DNA from: Deinococcus sp.
GTDB taxonomy: Bacteria > Deinococcota > Deinococci > Deinococcales > Deinococcaceae
Direction of reading: 5' to 3'
Assembly (NCBI GenBank): GCA_965261005.1
Contig: OZ253376.1
Location: 247,558-311,557, forward strand
Length of the DNA stretch: 64,000 nucleotides
The notes under the pieces were generated by a model, which saw nothing but the letters and a program-made list of their open reading frames with translations, did not search any database and was not told where the DNA came from. Made by a program: the position numbers and the translations under genes. Of the stretch, positions 38,413 to 48,242 are shown piece after piece (the first letter of the stretch is position 1; the number at the start of each line of letters is the position of its first letter).

Positions 38413-39711
38413 ATGGCGCGCGTCAAGATCGCCTACGTCGGGGGCGGCTCGTCGCGCGCCCCCGGCACGGTCGCCTCCTTTATCCGGCAGTGGGAGAACT
38501 TCGCCGGCTCGGAGATTGTCCTGCTCGACCTCGATTCGGAACGGCTCGACCTCGTGCGCGACCTCGCGCGGAGGATGATCGCGGCCCAGGGGGTGGACCT
38601 GACCATCACGGCCACCCTCAGCCGGGAGGAGGCCCTGACCGGCTGCGACGCGGTGCTGTCGAGCTACCGGCCCGGCGGCTTCGCGGCCCGCGCCCTCGAC
38701 GAGAGCATTCCCCTCAGACATGGGGTGATCGGGCAGGAGACCCAGGGGCCGGGCGGCTTTTTCATGGCGCTGCGCGCGGTTCACGTCGCGCGGGGCTTGG
38801 TGGCGGACATGGAGCGGCTGTGCCCGGGGGCCACCCTCTTCAACTACACCAACCCGGTGAACATCGTCGCGCAGGCGGTCGCCGACCACTCGCCCGTCAA
38901 GGTGGTCTCGCTGTGCGAGGGTCCCATCGTATTTCCGCGCGAGCTGGCCGAGTTCGCCGGCCTCGACCCGGGCAAGGTCCGCGCGACCATGGTCGGCCTC
39001 AACCACGCCTGCTGGAGCGTGGGCGCCGAGGGACATGGCGCCGAGTACGACGGGCAGCCGATGATTCCCTTGCTGGCGGGGGCGCTGGAGGGCGTTCAGG
39101 ATCCCTGGGCGCGGCGTCTGCTGCACCTGGCCGTCAGCATGAACAGCCTGCCCGCCTCGTACATGAAGTACTACTATTACCGCGAAGAGATGCTGGCGGA
39201 GTTGCGCGCCAAGCCCACCACCCGCGCGCAAGACATCTCGGCCGCGTTGCCCGACTACTGGGCGCACTACCGCGAGCAGCTGGACAACCCCGACCCGACC
39301 CTCGACCCGGACCGTTCGCGCGGCGGCATCTTCGAGCTGGAGGTGGCGGTGGACGTGATGGACGCCGCCTTCAACGACAAGAACGAAATCTGGCCGGCCA
39401 ACGTGGTGAACGCCGGGGCCATCTCGGACTTTCCGGCCGGCCGGGTGGTGGAAGTGCCCTGCCTGGTGAACGCCCAGGGCGCGCGTCCCCTGGGCGGCTA
39501 CCGGGTGCCGCAGGCCGTGCGCGGCCTCGTGCTGGCCCTGGGCGAGTACCAGCAGCTCGCGGCGGACGCGGCCTGGGACGGCGGCCGTAAGCAGGCGATT
39601 CAGGCGTTGGCCAGCAATCCCCTGATCCCCACCTTGCCCCTCGCGGAAACCCTCTACGACGAGTTGGCCCGCGCCCACCGCGCCCACCTGCCGGAGCGGC
39701 TGTGGTCGTAG
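38413..39711 (+). CDS. GH4 NAD-dependent (6-phospho)-beta-glycosidase
   Basis: IAYVGGGS, GQETQGPGG, NYTNP, LCE, GLNH. Confidence 0.92.
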   Translation: MARVKIAYVGGGSSRAPGTVASFIRQWENFAGSEIVLLDLDSERLDLVRDLARRMIAAQGVDLTITATLSREEALTGCDAVLSSYRPGGFAARALDESIPLRHGVIGQETQGPGGFFMALRAVHVARGLVADMERLCPGATLFNYTNPVNIVAQAVADHSPVKVVSLCEGPIVFPRELAEFAGLDPGKVRATMVGLNHACWSVGAEGHGAEYDGQPMIPLLAGALEGVQDPWARRLLHLAVSMNSLPASYMKYYYYREEMLAELRAKPTTRAQDISAALPDYWAHYREQLDNPDPTLDPDRSRGGIFELEVAVDVMDAAFNDKNEIWPANVVNAGAISDFPAGRVVEVPCLVNAQGARPLGGYRVPQAVRGLVLALGEYQQLAADAAWDGGRKQAIQALASNPLIPTLPLAETLYDELARAHRAHLPERLWS

Positions 39712-40391
39712 AAGTCTTGCCAAGCCCGGAAGCGCTGGCCGCACGCGCCGCCGACCTGATCGCGGCCGAGGTGCGCCGCAAGCCCGACCTGAGCATTTTG
39801 GTGGCAACCGGCAACACGCCGATGCCGACCTACGCGGAGCTGGCGCGGCGCGCTCAATCGGGCGAACTCGACTGCTCGCGCGCCACTGCCGTGCAGCTCG
39901 ACGAGTACCTGGGCCTGGAGGAGGGCGACCCCAGGGCGCTCTTCAGCTGGATGCACAAATCTTTCGTGGAGCCGCTGGGCATCACGAAGGTCCTGCGGCT
40001 GAAGGAGCCGGCCACCTTCGAGACGCGCCTGAAAGAACTCGGCGGCCTCGACCTCGCCCTTCTGGGCCTGGGGCCGAACGGGCACCTCGGCTTCAACGAG
40101 CCGCCCAGCCCCCCGGACGCGCCCACCCGCGAGGTCACGCTCACGCCCGCGAGCCTGACGAGCAACGCCGGGTACTGGGACGGCCTGGGCGTGCCGGCGC
40201 GCGCCGTCACGGCGGGCATGGACGTCATTCTGACGGCGAGGCGCTGCCTGCTGCTGGTGAGCGGCGCGCACAAGCGGGGCATTCTGGCGAGAACGTTGAA
40301 CGGCCCCACAACGCCCGAAGTGCCCGCCTCCTCCCTGCGCGGCGGGGGCGTGACCGTGCTGGCCGACGCGGCGGCGGGGGCGGACCTTTGA
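39702..40391 (+). CDS. nagB: Glucosamine-6-phosphate deaminase
   Basis: ATGNTP, QLDEY, LGLGPNGHLGFNEP. Confidence 0.9.
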   Translation: MVVEVLPSPEALAARAADLIAAEVRRKPDLSILVATGNTPMPTYAELARRAQSGELDCSRATAVQLDEYLGLEEGDPRALFSWMHKSFVEPLGITKVLRLKEPATFETRLKELGGLDLALLGLGPNGHLGFNEPPSPPDAPTREVTLTPASLTSNAGYWDGLGVPARAVTAGMDVILTARRCLLLVSGAHKRGILARTLNGPTTPEVPASSLRGGGVTVLADAAAGADL

Positions 40392-41365
40392 GCGCGCCCC
40401 TTCCGAACGGCTTGGTTCTCGGGATTGATGCGGGCAACACCAAGACGGTGGCCCTGGTGGCGGACACCGCCGGGCGGGTGCTGGGCTGGGGGCGCGCGGG
40501 GCGTGGCAACATCTACGTCTCCAAGCGGGACGCCCTCGCGGCCATCGACAAGGCGGCGCTGGCGGCCTTGTCGGGTGCCGGCGCGCGGCCGGACCAGTTG
40601 GCGGCGAGCGTCTTGAGCGCCACCGGCGCCGATTGGCCCGAGGACGTTCAGCTGCTGGAGGAAGAACTCGCCCGGCGCGCTTGGGGCGAGCGGCGGCTGG
40701 CCGTGAACGACGCCGTGGGCGCCCTGCGCGCCGCGTCCCCGGACGGCAGCGGCGTGATGGTCGTGTGCGGCACGAGTGCGGGCATCGCCGCGCGGGCACC
40801 GGGCGGGCGGGCCTGGCACACGGGCTACTGGCAGGAACCCGAGGGCGCCGAGCAACTGGGGCAGCTGACCCTGCGCGCGGTGTACCGCGCCGCGCTGGGC
40901 ATCGATTCGCCGACGAGTTTGACGGCGCGGGTGCTGGCGCACTACCACCTGGAGGGCGTGGAAAGCCTGCTGCACGCTTTTACCCGGCGGGACCGCCGCC
41001 CGCCGGGACGGCCCGGCCGCCTCGCGAGACTCCTCCTCGACGAGGCGCAGCTTGGGGACGCCACCGCCGCGCGCTTGGTGCAAGAGCACGGTGAGGCGTT
41101 GGGCGACTACGCGCTGGCGAGCGCCCGTCGGGCGGGTCTGACGGGCGCCTTCGCCCTGTACACGGCGGGCGGCGTGATGCGCCACCCGGCGGGGCTGCTG
41201 CAAGAAGCGCTCTTATCGCGGGTGCGGCGGGACGTGCCCGGCGCGACCCTGACGGGAAGTCAGCACGAACCCGTCGTGGGCGCCGTGCTGCTGGCCCTGG
41301 ACGCGCTTGGGTTGGAGGGGCCAGCCCTGGCCTCGCTGCCAAGCGAGGCGTTGTACCGTACTTGA
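40388..41365 (+). CDS. BadF/BadG/BcrA/BcrD-type amino-sugar kinase
   Basis: GIDAGNTKT, GADWPED, VNDA, VCGTS, AGGV. Confidence 0.88.
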   Translation: MSAPLPNGLVLGIDAGNTKTVALVADTAGRVLGWGRAGRGNIYVSKRDALAAIDKAALAALSGAGARPDQLAASVLSATGADWPEDVQLLEEELARRAWGERRLAVNDAVGALRAASPDGSGVMVVCGTSAGIAARAPGGRAWHTGYWQEPEGAEQLGQLTLRAVYRAALGIDSPTSLTARVLAHYHLEGVESLLHAFTRRDRRPPGRPGRLARLLLDEAQLGDATAARLVQEHGEALGDYALASARRAGLTGAFALYTAGGVMRHPAGLLQEALLSRVRRDVPGATLTGSQHEPVVGAVLLALDALGLEGPALASLPSEALYRT

Positions 41366-41366
41366 T

Positions 41367-42164
41367 ATGACCGTATTGAATGTGACGGACACCTTGATTC
41401 TCAGCGGTTTGTACATCTATCCGGTCAAGTCGGCGCGCGGCGTCGCCGTCAAAGAGGCGCGCGTGGGCGAGCGCGGCCTCGATTTCGACCGGCACTGGAT
41501 GGTCGTGAATTCGCGGGGGCGGCAATTGACCGGACGCGAGTTTCCAAGGCTGACGCTGGTTGCCCCCGCCTTCGAGGGGGACGCCCTGCGCCTCTCTGCG
41601 CCCGGTTTGCCCGATTTGCGCGTGCCCCTGTGCCCGGACGGCCCCCCGCGCGAGGTGAGCGTGTTCGGCGATCCCCTGCTGGCGGTGTCGGTCAGTCCCG
41701 AGGCGCGCGACTGGTTCTCGGCGTACCTGGGCGCGCCGGTGGACTTCGTGCGCTTTCACGAGGCCTCGAAGCGCCGCATGAACCCCGTGTACGGCCAGGC
41801 CCACATCACCTTCGCGGATGGTAACCCGTTGCACCTGGTCAGCGAGGCCAGCGTGGCGGACCTAAACGCGCGCCTGGCCCGGCCGGTTCCAATCGAACGC
41901 TTTCGTCCCAACCTGGTTGTCAGCGGCGGCGCCGCTTATCAGGAGGACGCTTGGCGCGAGCTGACGGTTTCAGGCGTGTGCCTCACGGCGGTGGAAGCCT
42001 GCGCGCGCTGCTCGATGCTGAACATCGAGGACGGTCACATGCAGGCTGAACCCCTCCGCACGCTGGCCGGCTACCGGCGCACGGGCCGCACCGTCCTGTT
42101 CGGCCAGAACCTGGTGGTGCGGGGCGCGGGTCGGCTGAGCATCGGGGACGCGCTCATATTTTAG
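41367..42164 (+). CDS. MOSC-domain protein
   Basis: IYPVKS, DRHWM, FADG.P, RFRPNLVV, CARC, FGQN. Confidence 0.9.
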   Translation: MTVLNVTDTLILSGLYIYPVKSARGVAVKEARVGERGLDFDRHWMVVNSRGRQLTGREFPRLTLVAPAFEGDALRLSAPGLPDLRVPLCPDGPPREVSVFGDPLLAVSVSPEARDWFSAYLGAPVDFVRFHEASKRRMNPVYGQAHITFADGNPLHLVSEASVADLNARLARPVPIERFRPNLVVSGGAAYQEDAWRELTVSGVCLTAVEACARCSMLNIEDGHMQAEPLRTLAGYRRTGRTVLFGQNLVVRGAGRLSIGDALIF

Positions 42165-42258
42165 AAAAACCCCTCAAAACGCGCCCCAGCGCTTGACGGG
42201 CGCACGGGAAAGCGCTTAATGTCACGGTTAACCGGTGTTCCGGCCAAAAGGAGCGTAT

Positions 42259-42606
42259 ATGCCGACAAAAAGCAAGACGAACAGCAAGGCCGCCCCGGCC
42301 ACCCCAGCCGCCACGACCGCCCCGGCGGGCGGCAAGATCGGCAAGACCCAGTTGGTGGAGCAACTCGCGCAAAAGACCGGCCTGAGCAAAAAGGATGCCG
42401 GCGCCGCCGTGAGCGCCCTGAGCGACCTGATGGTCGAGGCCCTGAAAGGCGGCTCGTCGGTGGGCTTTCCGGGCATGGGCACCTTCAGCGTGGCCGAGAC
42501 GGCCGAGCGCCAAGGCGTGCGCCCCGGTACCAGCGACAAGATCACCATTCCCGCCGGCAAAAAGGTGCGCTTCAAGGTCGCCAGCACGCTGAAAAGCGAT
42601 CTGTAG
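42259..42606 (+). CDS. hup: HU family DNA-binding protein with K/A/P-rich N-terminal tail
   Basis: [36 protein letters not shown]; upstream TTGACG-18-TAATGT. Confidence 0.92.
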   Translation: MPTKSKTNSKAAPATPAATTAPAGGKIGKTQLVEQLAQKTGLSKKDAGAAVSALSDLMVEALKGGSSVGFPGMGTFSVAETAERQGVRPGTSDKITIPAGKKVRFKVASTLKSDL

Positions 42607-42620
42607 GCCAGCCTGAGCGA

Positions 42621-42645
42621 AAGGGCGCCCGGTGGGCGCCCTTCT
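42621..42645 (+). terminator. Hairpin terminator after hup
   Basis: AAGGGCGCCC-ggt-GGGCGCCCTT. Confidence 0.65.
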
Positions 42646-42653
42646 CCATCACT

Positions 42654-42858
42654 TCATACGGGATGGCTTTGATTCCTACTCATGTTGGGAAAGCACCAAC
42701 AGAGGTTTCCATCGCCGCCATCCCGTATTTTCTTGTACTCGCTCCGCGTCTTATTGGCCAAAACAGCGCCCATGAGGACGCTTGGCCGCTTGGGCAGAAT
42801 GGCACCTTCCGGGCCTGCCCGCTCGGATTCATCTTCGACTCATCTTAAGTTCGTATCA
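42654..42858. repeat. Mosaic SNR/MITE-like element
   Basis: ATACGGGATGG..CCATCCCGTAT first module; 3' part similar to 22260-22380. Confidence 0.8.
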
Positions 42859-42950
42859 CCGTTGGGCTATCGACCGCCCCACGAGTTCGAGGCCGTGTAT
42901 GCTCAGCAGCAGCACCTGTTTTGCCCCGTGGCCGTCTTGATCGACCTCAG
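42859..42950 (+). mobile_element. IS3-family transposase 3' end remnant
   Basis: Reads PLGYRPPHEFEAVY, the LGYxxPxEFE C-terminal motif of IS3 OrfB. Confidence 0.55.
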
Positions 42951-43022
42951 GCGCTCATCTGATACGGCAAATTGTGAGGGCGGCAAGCTGGAGTACCTGC
43001 ACTGCGTTTTTCAGGGAAAAGC

Positions 43023-43886
43023 CTATGACATCGCCAATTTCTGACCGCGTGCATACTGTCCAGGCGTAACGCCCATATGGCGTTTGAACTGGTTGGACAG
43101 GGCACTTTGATCGCTAAAGCCCATCGCCAGGGCTACTTGCGCCAGGGCCTGCCCAGCCGCAATCTGTTCCCGCGCGCGCCTGAGCCGGACCTGGACCTGG
43201 TAGGCGTGAGGCGGCAGGCCAAACTCCCGCCCGAAAATTCGGGTGAGATGAAAGGGACTGAGCTGCGCCAAGTGCGCGAGGTCCGCCAGCGAGACATGCT
43301 CACAGGCGTGCGCTTCTAGATACTGACGAATCTGCCCGGCCACCGCGCGCTCCCGGCCCACCTGCTGCGGGCGGCGCTGCCCCAGGGAGACCACCAGACC
43401 GGCCAAAGCGTCCTGAAGCGCTGTCTCCCGCGCTAGCCGCGTGGCGTCCGGCGTGATCAGCGTGCGGTGGGCGGCGGTCAATCGCCGTGCCACGTCCGGC
43501 ACGGTCGCGACACTCTGGGAAAAATACACGTCGGAGGCGCCTTTGCCGGTGACCTGTTCGGCCACCTGCCTGAGTTGCTCGGCGCTGGGATACAGCACCA
43601 GATGCACGTAGCCGCTCTCGACAAACGAGTGGCCGGTGTTCACCTCGTCCGGGTTGATCAGCATCACGCTGCCCCCCTGCGCGACGTGTTCGGCCCCCCG
43701 GTTCCAGAAGGCCGCCGCGCCCTGATGTACTACGCCAACCGTGAAGACCTCGTGCGTGTGGCGCGCGAACGCCTGCCGGACGAACCGGGCCTGCAATACG
43801 TCCAACCCCCCCTGGAACGGAACGCGCCACAGCCGCGCCTCATCGCGGCCCAGGCGGGACCGGGCCGGGGAATTAATCTCCTGCAT
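43023..43886 (-). CDS. AraC-family regulator (cupin + HTH)
   Basis: FARHTHE, INPDEVNTG, GFSDQSAL..FKRHMGVTPGQY. Confidence 0.92.
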   Translation of the reverse strand: MQEINSPARSRLGRDEARLWRVPFQGGLDVLQARFVRQAFARHTHEVFTVGVVHQGAAAFWNRGAEHVAQGGSVMLINPDEVNTGHSFVESGYVHLVLYPSAEQLRQVAEQVTGKGASDVYFSQSVATVPDVARRLTAAHRTLITPDATRLARETALQDALAGLVVSLGQRRPQQVGRERAVAGQIRQYLEAHACEHVSLADLAHLAQLSPFHLTRIFGREFGLPPHAYQVQVRLRRAREQIAAGQALAQVALAMGFSDQSALSNQFKRHMGVTPGQYARGQKLAMS

Positions 43887-43981
43887 GGGTACAGGATACC
43901 GCCGGACAGACCACAATTTTTTGCAAGACGCTGGCCCCGGCGCGCCTTACGCTCAGACCAGATATGCTGGGGGAGAACGAC

Positions 43982-44404
43982 ATGGACGTGAAATGTGTAC
44001 TGGTGCTGGCCGATACTCTACCCGTGGGGCTGGCGGTCAATGCGGCGGGCGTGCTGGCCGTGACCCTGGGCCACAAAGTCCCCAGCCTGCTGCCCGCCGA
44101 CGCGGTGGACGCGTCGGGCGCTATTCATGCGGGCCTGATCAACGTGCCGCTGCCCATTCTGGTGGCGGACCGCGACACCCTGAAGACCCTGTACGGGCGT
44201 GCGCTAGAGCATGGGGACCTGGTCCTGGTGGACTTCAGCGACGTGGCTCAGCACGCGCGGACGTACGACGCGTACGTGACCACGCTGGCCACCACGTCCA
44301 CCGAAACGCTGACCTATCTGGGTCTGGCCCTGTACGGCCCCAGGAAAGCGCTGAACAAGCTGGTCGGCAATCTTCCCCTGTATGGCCGCCCCCCCAGCCC
44401 ATGA
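43982..44404 (+). CDS. DUF2000-like protein (peptidyl-tRNA hydrolase 2-like fold)
   Basis: LPVGLAVNAA..L, YLGLALYGP.K..NKL.G.LPL; divergent from AraC. Confidence 0.75.
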   Translation: MDVKCVLVLADTLPVGLAVNAAGVLAVTLGHKVPSLLPADAVDASGAIHAGLINVPLPILVADRDTLKTLYGRALEHGDLVLVDFSDVAQHARTYDAYVTTLATTSTETLTYLGLALYGPRKALNKLVGNLPLYGRPPSP

Positions 44405-44663
44405 GCCGCCGCATCGTTTTTCTAGACCGCCGGGCGGTGACCGCGCCGTTGCGGCCTCCAGCGTTTCCGCACCAGTGGCAGGATTATTCCCACACGCCGC
44501 CGGAGCTGACCGTGGAGCGGCTTCAGGGCGCGCAGATTGGCATTACCAACCGGGTGCCCATCACGTGGGCCGTCCTCGAAGCGGTGCCGACTCGGTCCCG
44601 GAACACGTCTTTGCATTGACGCTGGCGCTCCGGCGACAATTGCCCCGCTACATGCAGGTTTAA
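44401..44663 (+). pseudogene. Truncated, internally deleted D-2-hydroxyacid (glycerate) dehydrogenase
   Basis: MSRRIVFLDR..ITNRVPI, then other-frame SVPEHVFALTLALRRQL; NAD-binding domain absent. Confidence 0.7.
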
Positions 44664-44708
44664 GTAAGAGTTTTAGATTGGCTGGCACCACGAATCAATG
44701 GCTCACCT

Positions 44709-45410
44709 TCAATCTGGATTGGTGGCCCAGATTTCGATTTCGGTGACGAACACCCGGTCATGCAGCGCGATCAGATCACGAATGGTCTGTGCCATGTCCG
44801 CCGCCTGAATCTTGCGTTCACTCTCAGGGCGGGGATTTCCACCTTTGCTGGCGAAGTCGGTCATCACTTCTGAAGGAGCGACGTACATCACCCGGATGTT
44901 GTGCTGACGCAACTCTGCTCGCCACGCCTGGGTCATGCCCCGCAGGGCAAATTTGCTGGCGGTGTAAGCCGTATACCCAGCCGCACCCCGCAAGCCGGAC
45001 ACACTTCCGACGTTGATGATGGTGCCGCCCTCACGTTACACGAGATGACGGGCCACTTCACGGCCCACCAACATGGCTCCAGTCTGGTTGGTGTCGATCT
45101 GGCGTTGATAATCGCTCAAGGCGAGGTCCAGCAGTGGGCTGGCCTGGGCAAAGCCCGCATTGTTGACCAGCACGTTTACGTCTCCCAAGTGTTCCAGCGC
45201 TTCGCGCATCATGCGCTGCACGTCCGCTTCCACGCTGATATCGGCCTGGATGACGGGCACGCCCAAGCGGGCGCGTTGCTGATCGAGTCGCTCGCGGCTG
45301 CGCCCGACAATGGCAACGCTCGCGCCGCCCTCGATCAGCAGCTCGGTCAGTGCCAGGCCAATGCCGTCGCTACCTCCCGTGATCAGGACCTTCGCGTCTT
45401 GTATGTTCAT
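44709..45410 (-). pseudogene. SDR oxidoreductase with nonsense codon at 45036-45038
   Basis: TGGSDGIG..NNAG..VARHLV*REGGTIINVGS..YTASK in one frame. Confidence 0.8.
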
Positions 45411-45810
45411 TTCATTCCTCCTGGATGACCTGAGACAACACCGCTTCTTGCCAGCTGTACTGCGACTTCGGCGAGGTCCACTCGGCCCTGAGCACGGGCC
45501 GACACTGCGCCTGATGGGGTCTCGTCAGCGGCGCGCGAAGTTGCGTGAACGTGGGCAGGCGAGACCGGCAGCCGGTGGGTGCAGCTGGATGCGGAACGCG
45601 AAGTGTTGTGGATTCCGCACGGTGTGCTGTCGGGCGAGGTGCTGCTCGCCCGCGCCTTGCTGGGAACTGGGGAAGACATCAACCCGTGCCGCTCCCGCTC
45701 CGCTCCGACGCTGCCAAGGAAGCCCACTTCCTGGCAGCGTCCTGACCCTGCACGGGACTGGCTCTGACAGACCTGGGGTGGCCGTCAGCCCTGAGCGTCT
45801 GCCAGCATGA

Positions 45811-46060
45811 TCACTTGGACAGGATCAATTCAGCTTGGCCGCCGGGCACCACCACCGAGGAGTTGTGTTCGCGGATGATTTTCCAGGTGCCGCCTGCCGC
45901 GCGCCATACCAGCGAGGTGGTGGTGCGGATGCCGGTCACCCGGCCCGCCAGCGTTTCCAAGCGGGCCACGAACACCAGCGTCGAGGCGGCCAGCTCACCA
46001 AAGGAGACGACGTGCGGCCTATCCACGATATGTTCTGTTCGCTTTAGGCTGTCCCGATTG
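45811..46060 (-). pseudogene. NTF2/DUF4440-like C-terminal fragment
   Basis: RTTTSLVWR..GTWKIIREHNS; no good N-terminus. Confidence 0.45.
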
Positions 46061-46918
46061 TCAGGCGTCAGGAAAATCGACACCCAGGGTGGTATCACGC
46101 CAGGCGTCGAAGTTCGCCCTCAGGGCATCCAGCCGGGCGTAAGCGATCTTCAGCGCCCCCGCCCCCAGAAGCAGGCGTAGCGGCGGCTCGGCGGCCTCGA
46201 CCGCTCCGATGATTGCCGCCGCCGCCCTGGCCGGATCGCCCGGCTGCTGACCGGAGCTGGCCCGGGTACTCTCCCGCCGCTTGCCCGCCGTCTGGGTATA
46301 GTCGTCGATCACTGTGCTGGACTCGATCATTGAGCGCCCTGCCCAGTCGGTTCTGAACGCTCCAGGCTCGACAATGATGACCTTGATGCCGAGTGGGGCC
46401 ACCTCCTGCGCCAGCGATTCCGAGAGCGCTTCTAGGGCAAACTTGGAGGCGTGGTAGTAGCCGGTGGCCGGGAACGCGACGAGGCCGCCCAGCGAGGACA
46501 GATTCACGATATGACCGGTGCGCCGGGCGCGCATGCCCGGCAGCACCCGCTGCGTCACATTGTTGAGGCCGAAGACGTTGGTCTCAAACTGGGCGCGGAT
46601 GCCCGCGTCCTCGCCCTCCTCGATAGCGGCCAGGTAGCCGTATCCCGCCGCGTTGACCAGCACATCGATGCGGCCAAAGCGAGCCTCGGTCCGCGTCACA
46701 GCCTGCTCGATGGACGCCGGATCGGTCACATCAAGTTGCAGCGCCAGCGCCTTCTCCGGATACTTGGCCACGAGGTCAGTGAGTTGCTCAGGATGTCGTG
46801 CCGTGGCGGCGACGTGCCAGCCGCGTTGTAGCGCCGCCTCGGCCAGGGCGAGGCCCAGGCCAGACGAGCTGCCGGTGATCAGCCAGACGGGAATGGAATT
46901 GTTATGGGTCTGTATCAT
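46061..46918 (-). CDS. SDR oxidoreductase
   Basis: WLITGSSSGLG, YHASK, VEPGAFRTDW. Confidence 0.92.
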   Translation of the reverse strand: MIQTHNNSIPVWLITGSSSGLGLALAEAALQRGWHVAATARHPEQLTDLVAKYPEKALALQLDVTDPASIEQAVTRTEARFGRIDVLVNAAGYGYLAAIEEGEDAGIRAQFETNVFGLNNVTQRVLPGMRARRTGHIVNLSSLGGLVAFPATGYYHASKFALEALSESLAQEVAPLGIKVIIVEPGAFRTDWAGRSMIESSTVIDDYTQTAGKRRESTRASSGQQPGDPARAAAAIIGAVEAAEPPLRLLLGAGALKIAYARLDALRANFDAWRDTTLGVDFPDA

Positions 46919-46938
46919 ATCAAATTATCCTTTGAACG

Positions 46939-47280
46939 TCACGGCGTCTGCCGGAAAAGCACCATGCCACCGTGGTACAGCACTCCGTCCTTGAAATCGC
47001 CATCGGCAGTAAAACCAGTGTCATCCCAGTACTCGATGTGGTCGCCAGTGACCTCGTAGCGGCCCAGATACGCCCGCTCCTGTGCGCCGCGTGCCTCGAC
47101 ATACCGCCCGCTGGGGAGCAGTTCGTGGCGAACCTGGCCGTCTGCCGTGATCCACATTCCGGCGTAAGGGTGGCTGGCTTCCGGCTGCGGTGACGTCTGG
47201 GTTTGCGAGGTGGGCATACTTTGTCCTCCGGTGTAGGCGGCGGCTGAACTGATCAGCAAGGTCAGGATGATTGTATTCAT
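46939..47280 (-). CDS. Atu4866-family protein
   Basis: YAGMWITADG..RHELLP.GRY.EARG..AY.GRY..YWDDTGFTADG. Confidence 0.85.
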   Translation of the reverse strand: MNTIILTLLISSAAAYTGGQSMPTSQTQTSPQPEASHPYAGMWITADGQVRHELLPSGRYVEARGAQERAYLGRYEVTGDHIEYWDDTGFTADGDFKDGVLYHGGMVLFRQTP

Positions 47281-47335
47281 CAGGTTTCCTCCGTTCTGGG
47301 GAGAGCCGTGGCGCGGTTCAGAGCGGTTCCTGACG

Positions 47336-48079
47336 TCACACCTGCAAGACGGGACGCACGACGATCTCGTTGACATCCACATCAGATGGCTGCTCGATGG
47401 CGTAGCGAATGGCGCGGGCAATGGCGTCGGCGGGAATGGCGTTGCGCCGGTAGTCCACCATCCGTTCACGGGCTATAGGATCGCTGATGGAGTCGGCCAG
47501 TTCCGAGGTGGTGACGCCCGGCGCGATGATCGTCACCCGCAGATCGCTGTGTTCCTGGCGCAGCCCTTCCGAGATGGCGTTGACCGCAAATTTGGTCGCG
47601 CAGTACACCGCCGCCGTGGGGCTGACGTGATACGCCCCGATGGATGAAACGTTAACGAAATGTCCGTACCCCTGCCGTTTCATGATCGGTAGACCTGCGG
47701 CGATGCCGTGCAACACGCCCCTGATATTGACGTCGATCATGCGGTTCCACTCGTCCACCTTGAGTTTGTCCAGGGCCGACAGCGGCATCACCCCGGCGTT
47801 GTTCACCACCACGTCCACCTGCCCGCTGTGCTGGGCGGCCAGCTCCACGAGTTGCTGAACGTCCTCCAGGCGGGTCACGTCCGTCTTCAGGGAAGCGGCA
47901 CTTGCGCCCTCAGCCTTCAGGTCAGCCACAAGCTGTTCCAGACGGTCCGTGCGGCGCGCCCCCAAGACCACATGCACCCCACTGAGGGCCAGCATCCGGG
48001 CCGTGGCCTCACCAATGCCGCTGCTCGCCCCGGTGATGACGACAACCTTTCCAGCGATATTGGATTGCTTCTGCAACAT
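47336..48079 (-). CDS. NADP-dependent SDR oxidoreductase
   Basis: TGASSGIG, NNAGVMPLS, YCATKFAV, VNEIVVRP. Confidence 0.92.
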   Translation of the reverse strand: MLQKQSNIAGKVVVITGASSGIGEATARMLALSGVHVVLGARRTDRLEQLVADLKAEGASAASLKTDVTRLEDVQQLVELAAQHSGQVDVVVNNAGVMPLSALDKLKVDEWNRMIDVNIRGVLHGIAAGLPIMKRQGYGHFVNVSSIGAYHVSPTAAVYCATKFAVNAISEGLRQEHSDLRVTIIAPGVTTSELADSISDPIARERMVDYRRNAIPADAIARAIRYAIEQPSDVDVNEIVVRPVLQV

Positions 48080-48242
48080 GCCTCCTCCTTCTCAGCTCAC
48101 CACACATGACGGTGGAACGGTTCTTACCGTAAATGCCACAAGTCCTGCGGGCCTAGACCAAAACGCCAAGATTCTTGCCCGATCTTCCAGGAAGAACAAA
48201 ATTCTGAATTATTGCGGATCAGCGCGGGATACCATCATAAGC

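Noticed and set aside
42682..43044. 120-aa ORF sharing sequence with ORF 22291-22614
   Set aside because: Shared peptide comes from the non-coding repeat; the rest is IS3 debris.
45407..45767. Short ORFs on both strands (106 aa minus, 62 aa plus)
   Set aside because: No recognisable motif; probably a degraded gene remnant.
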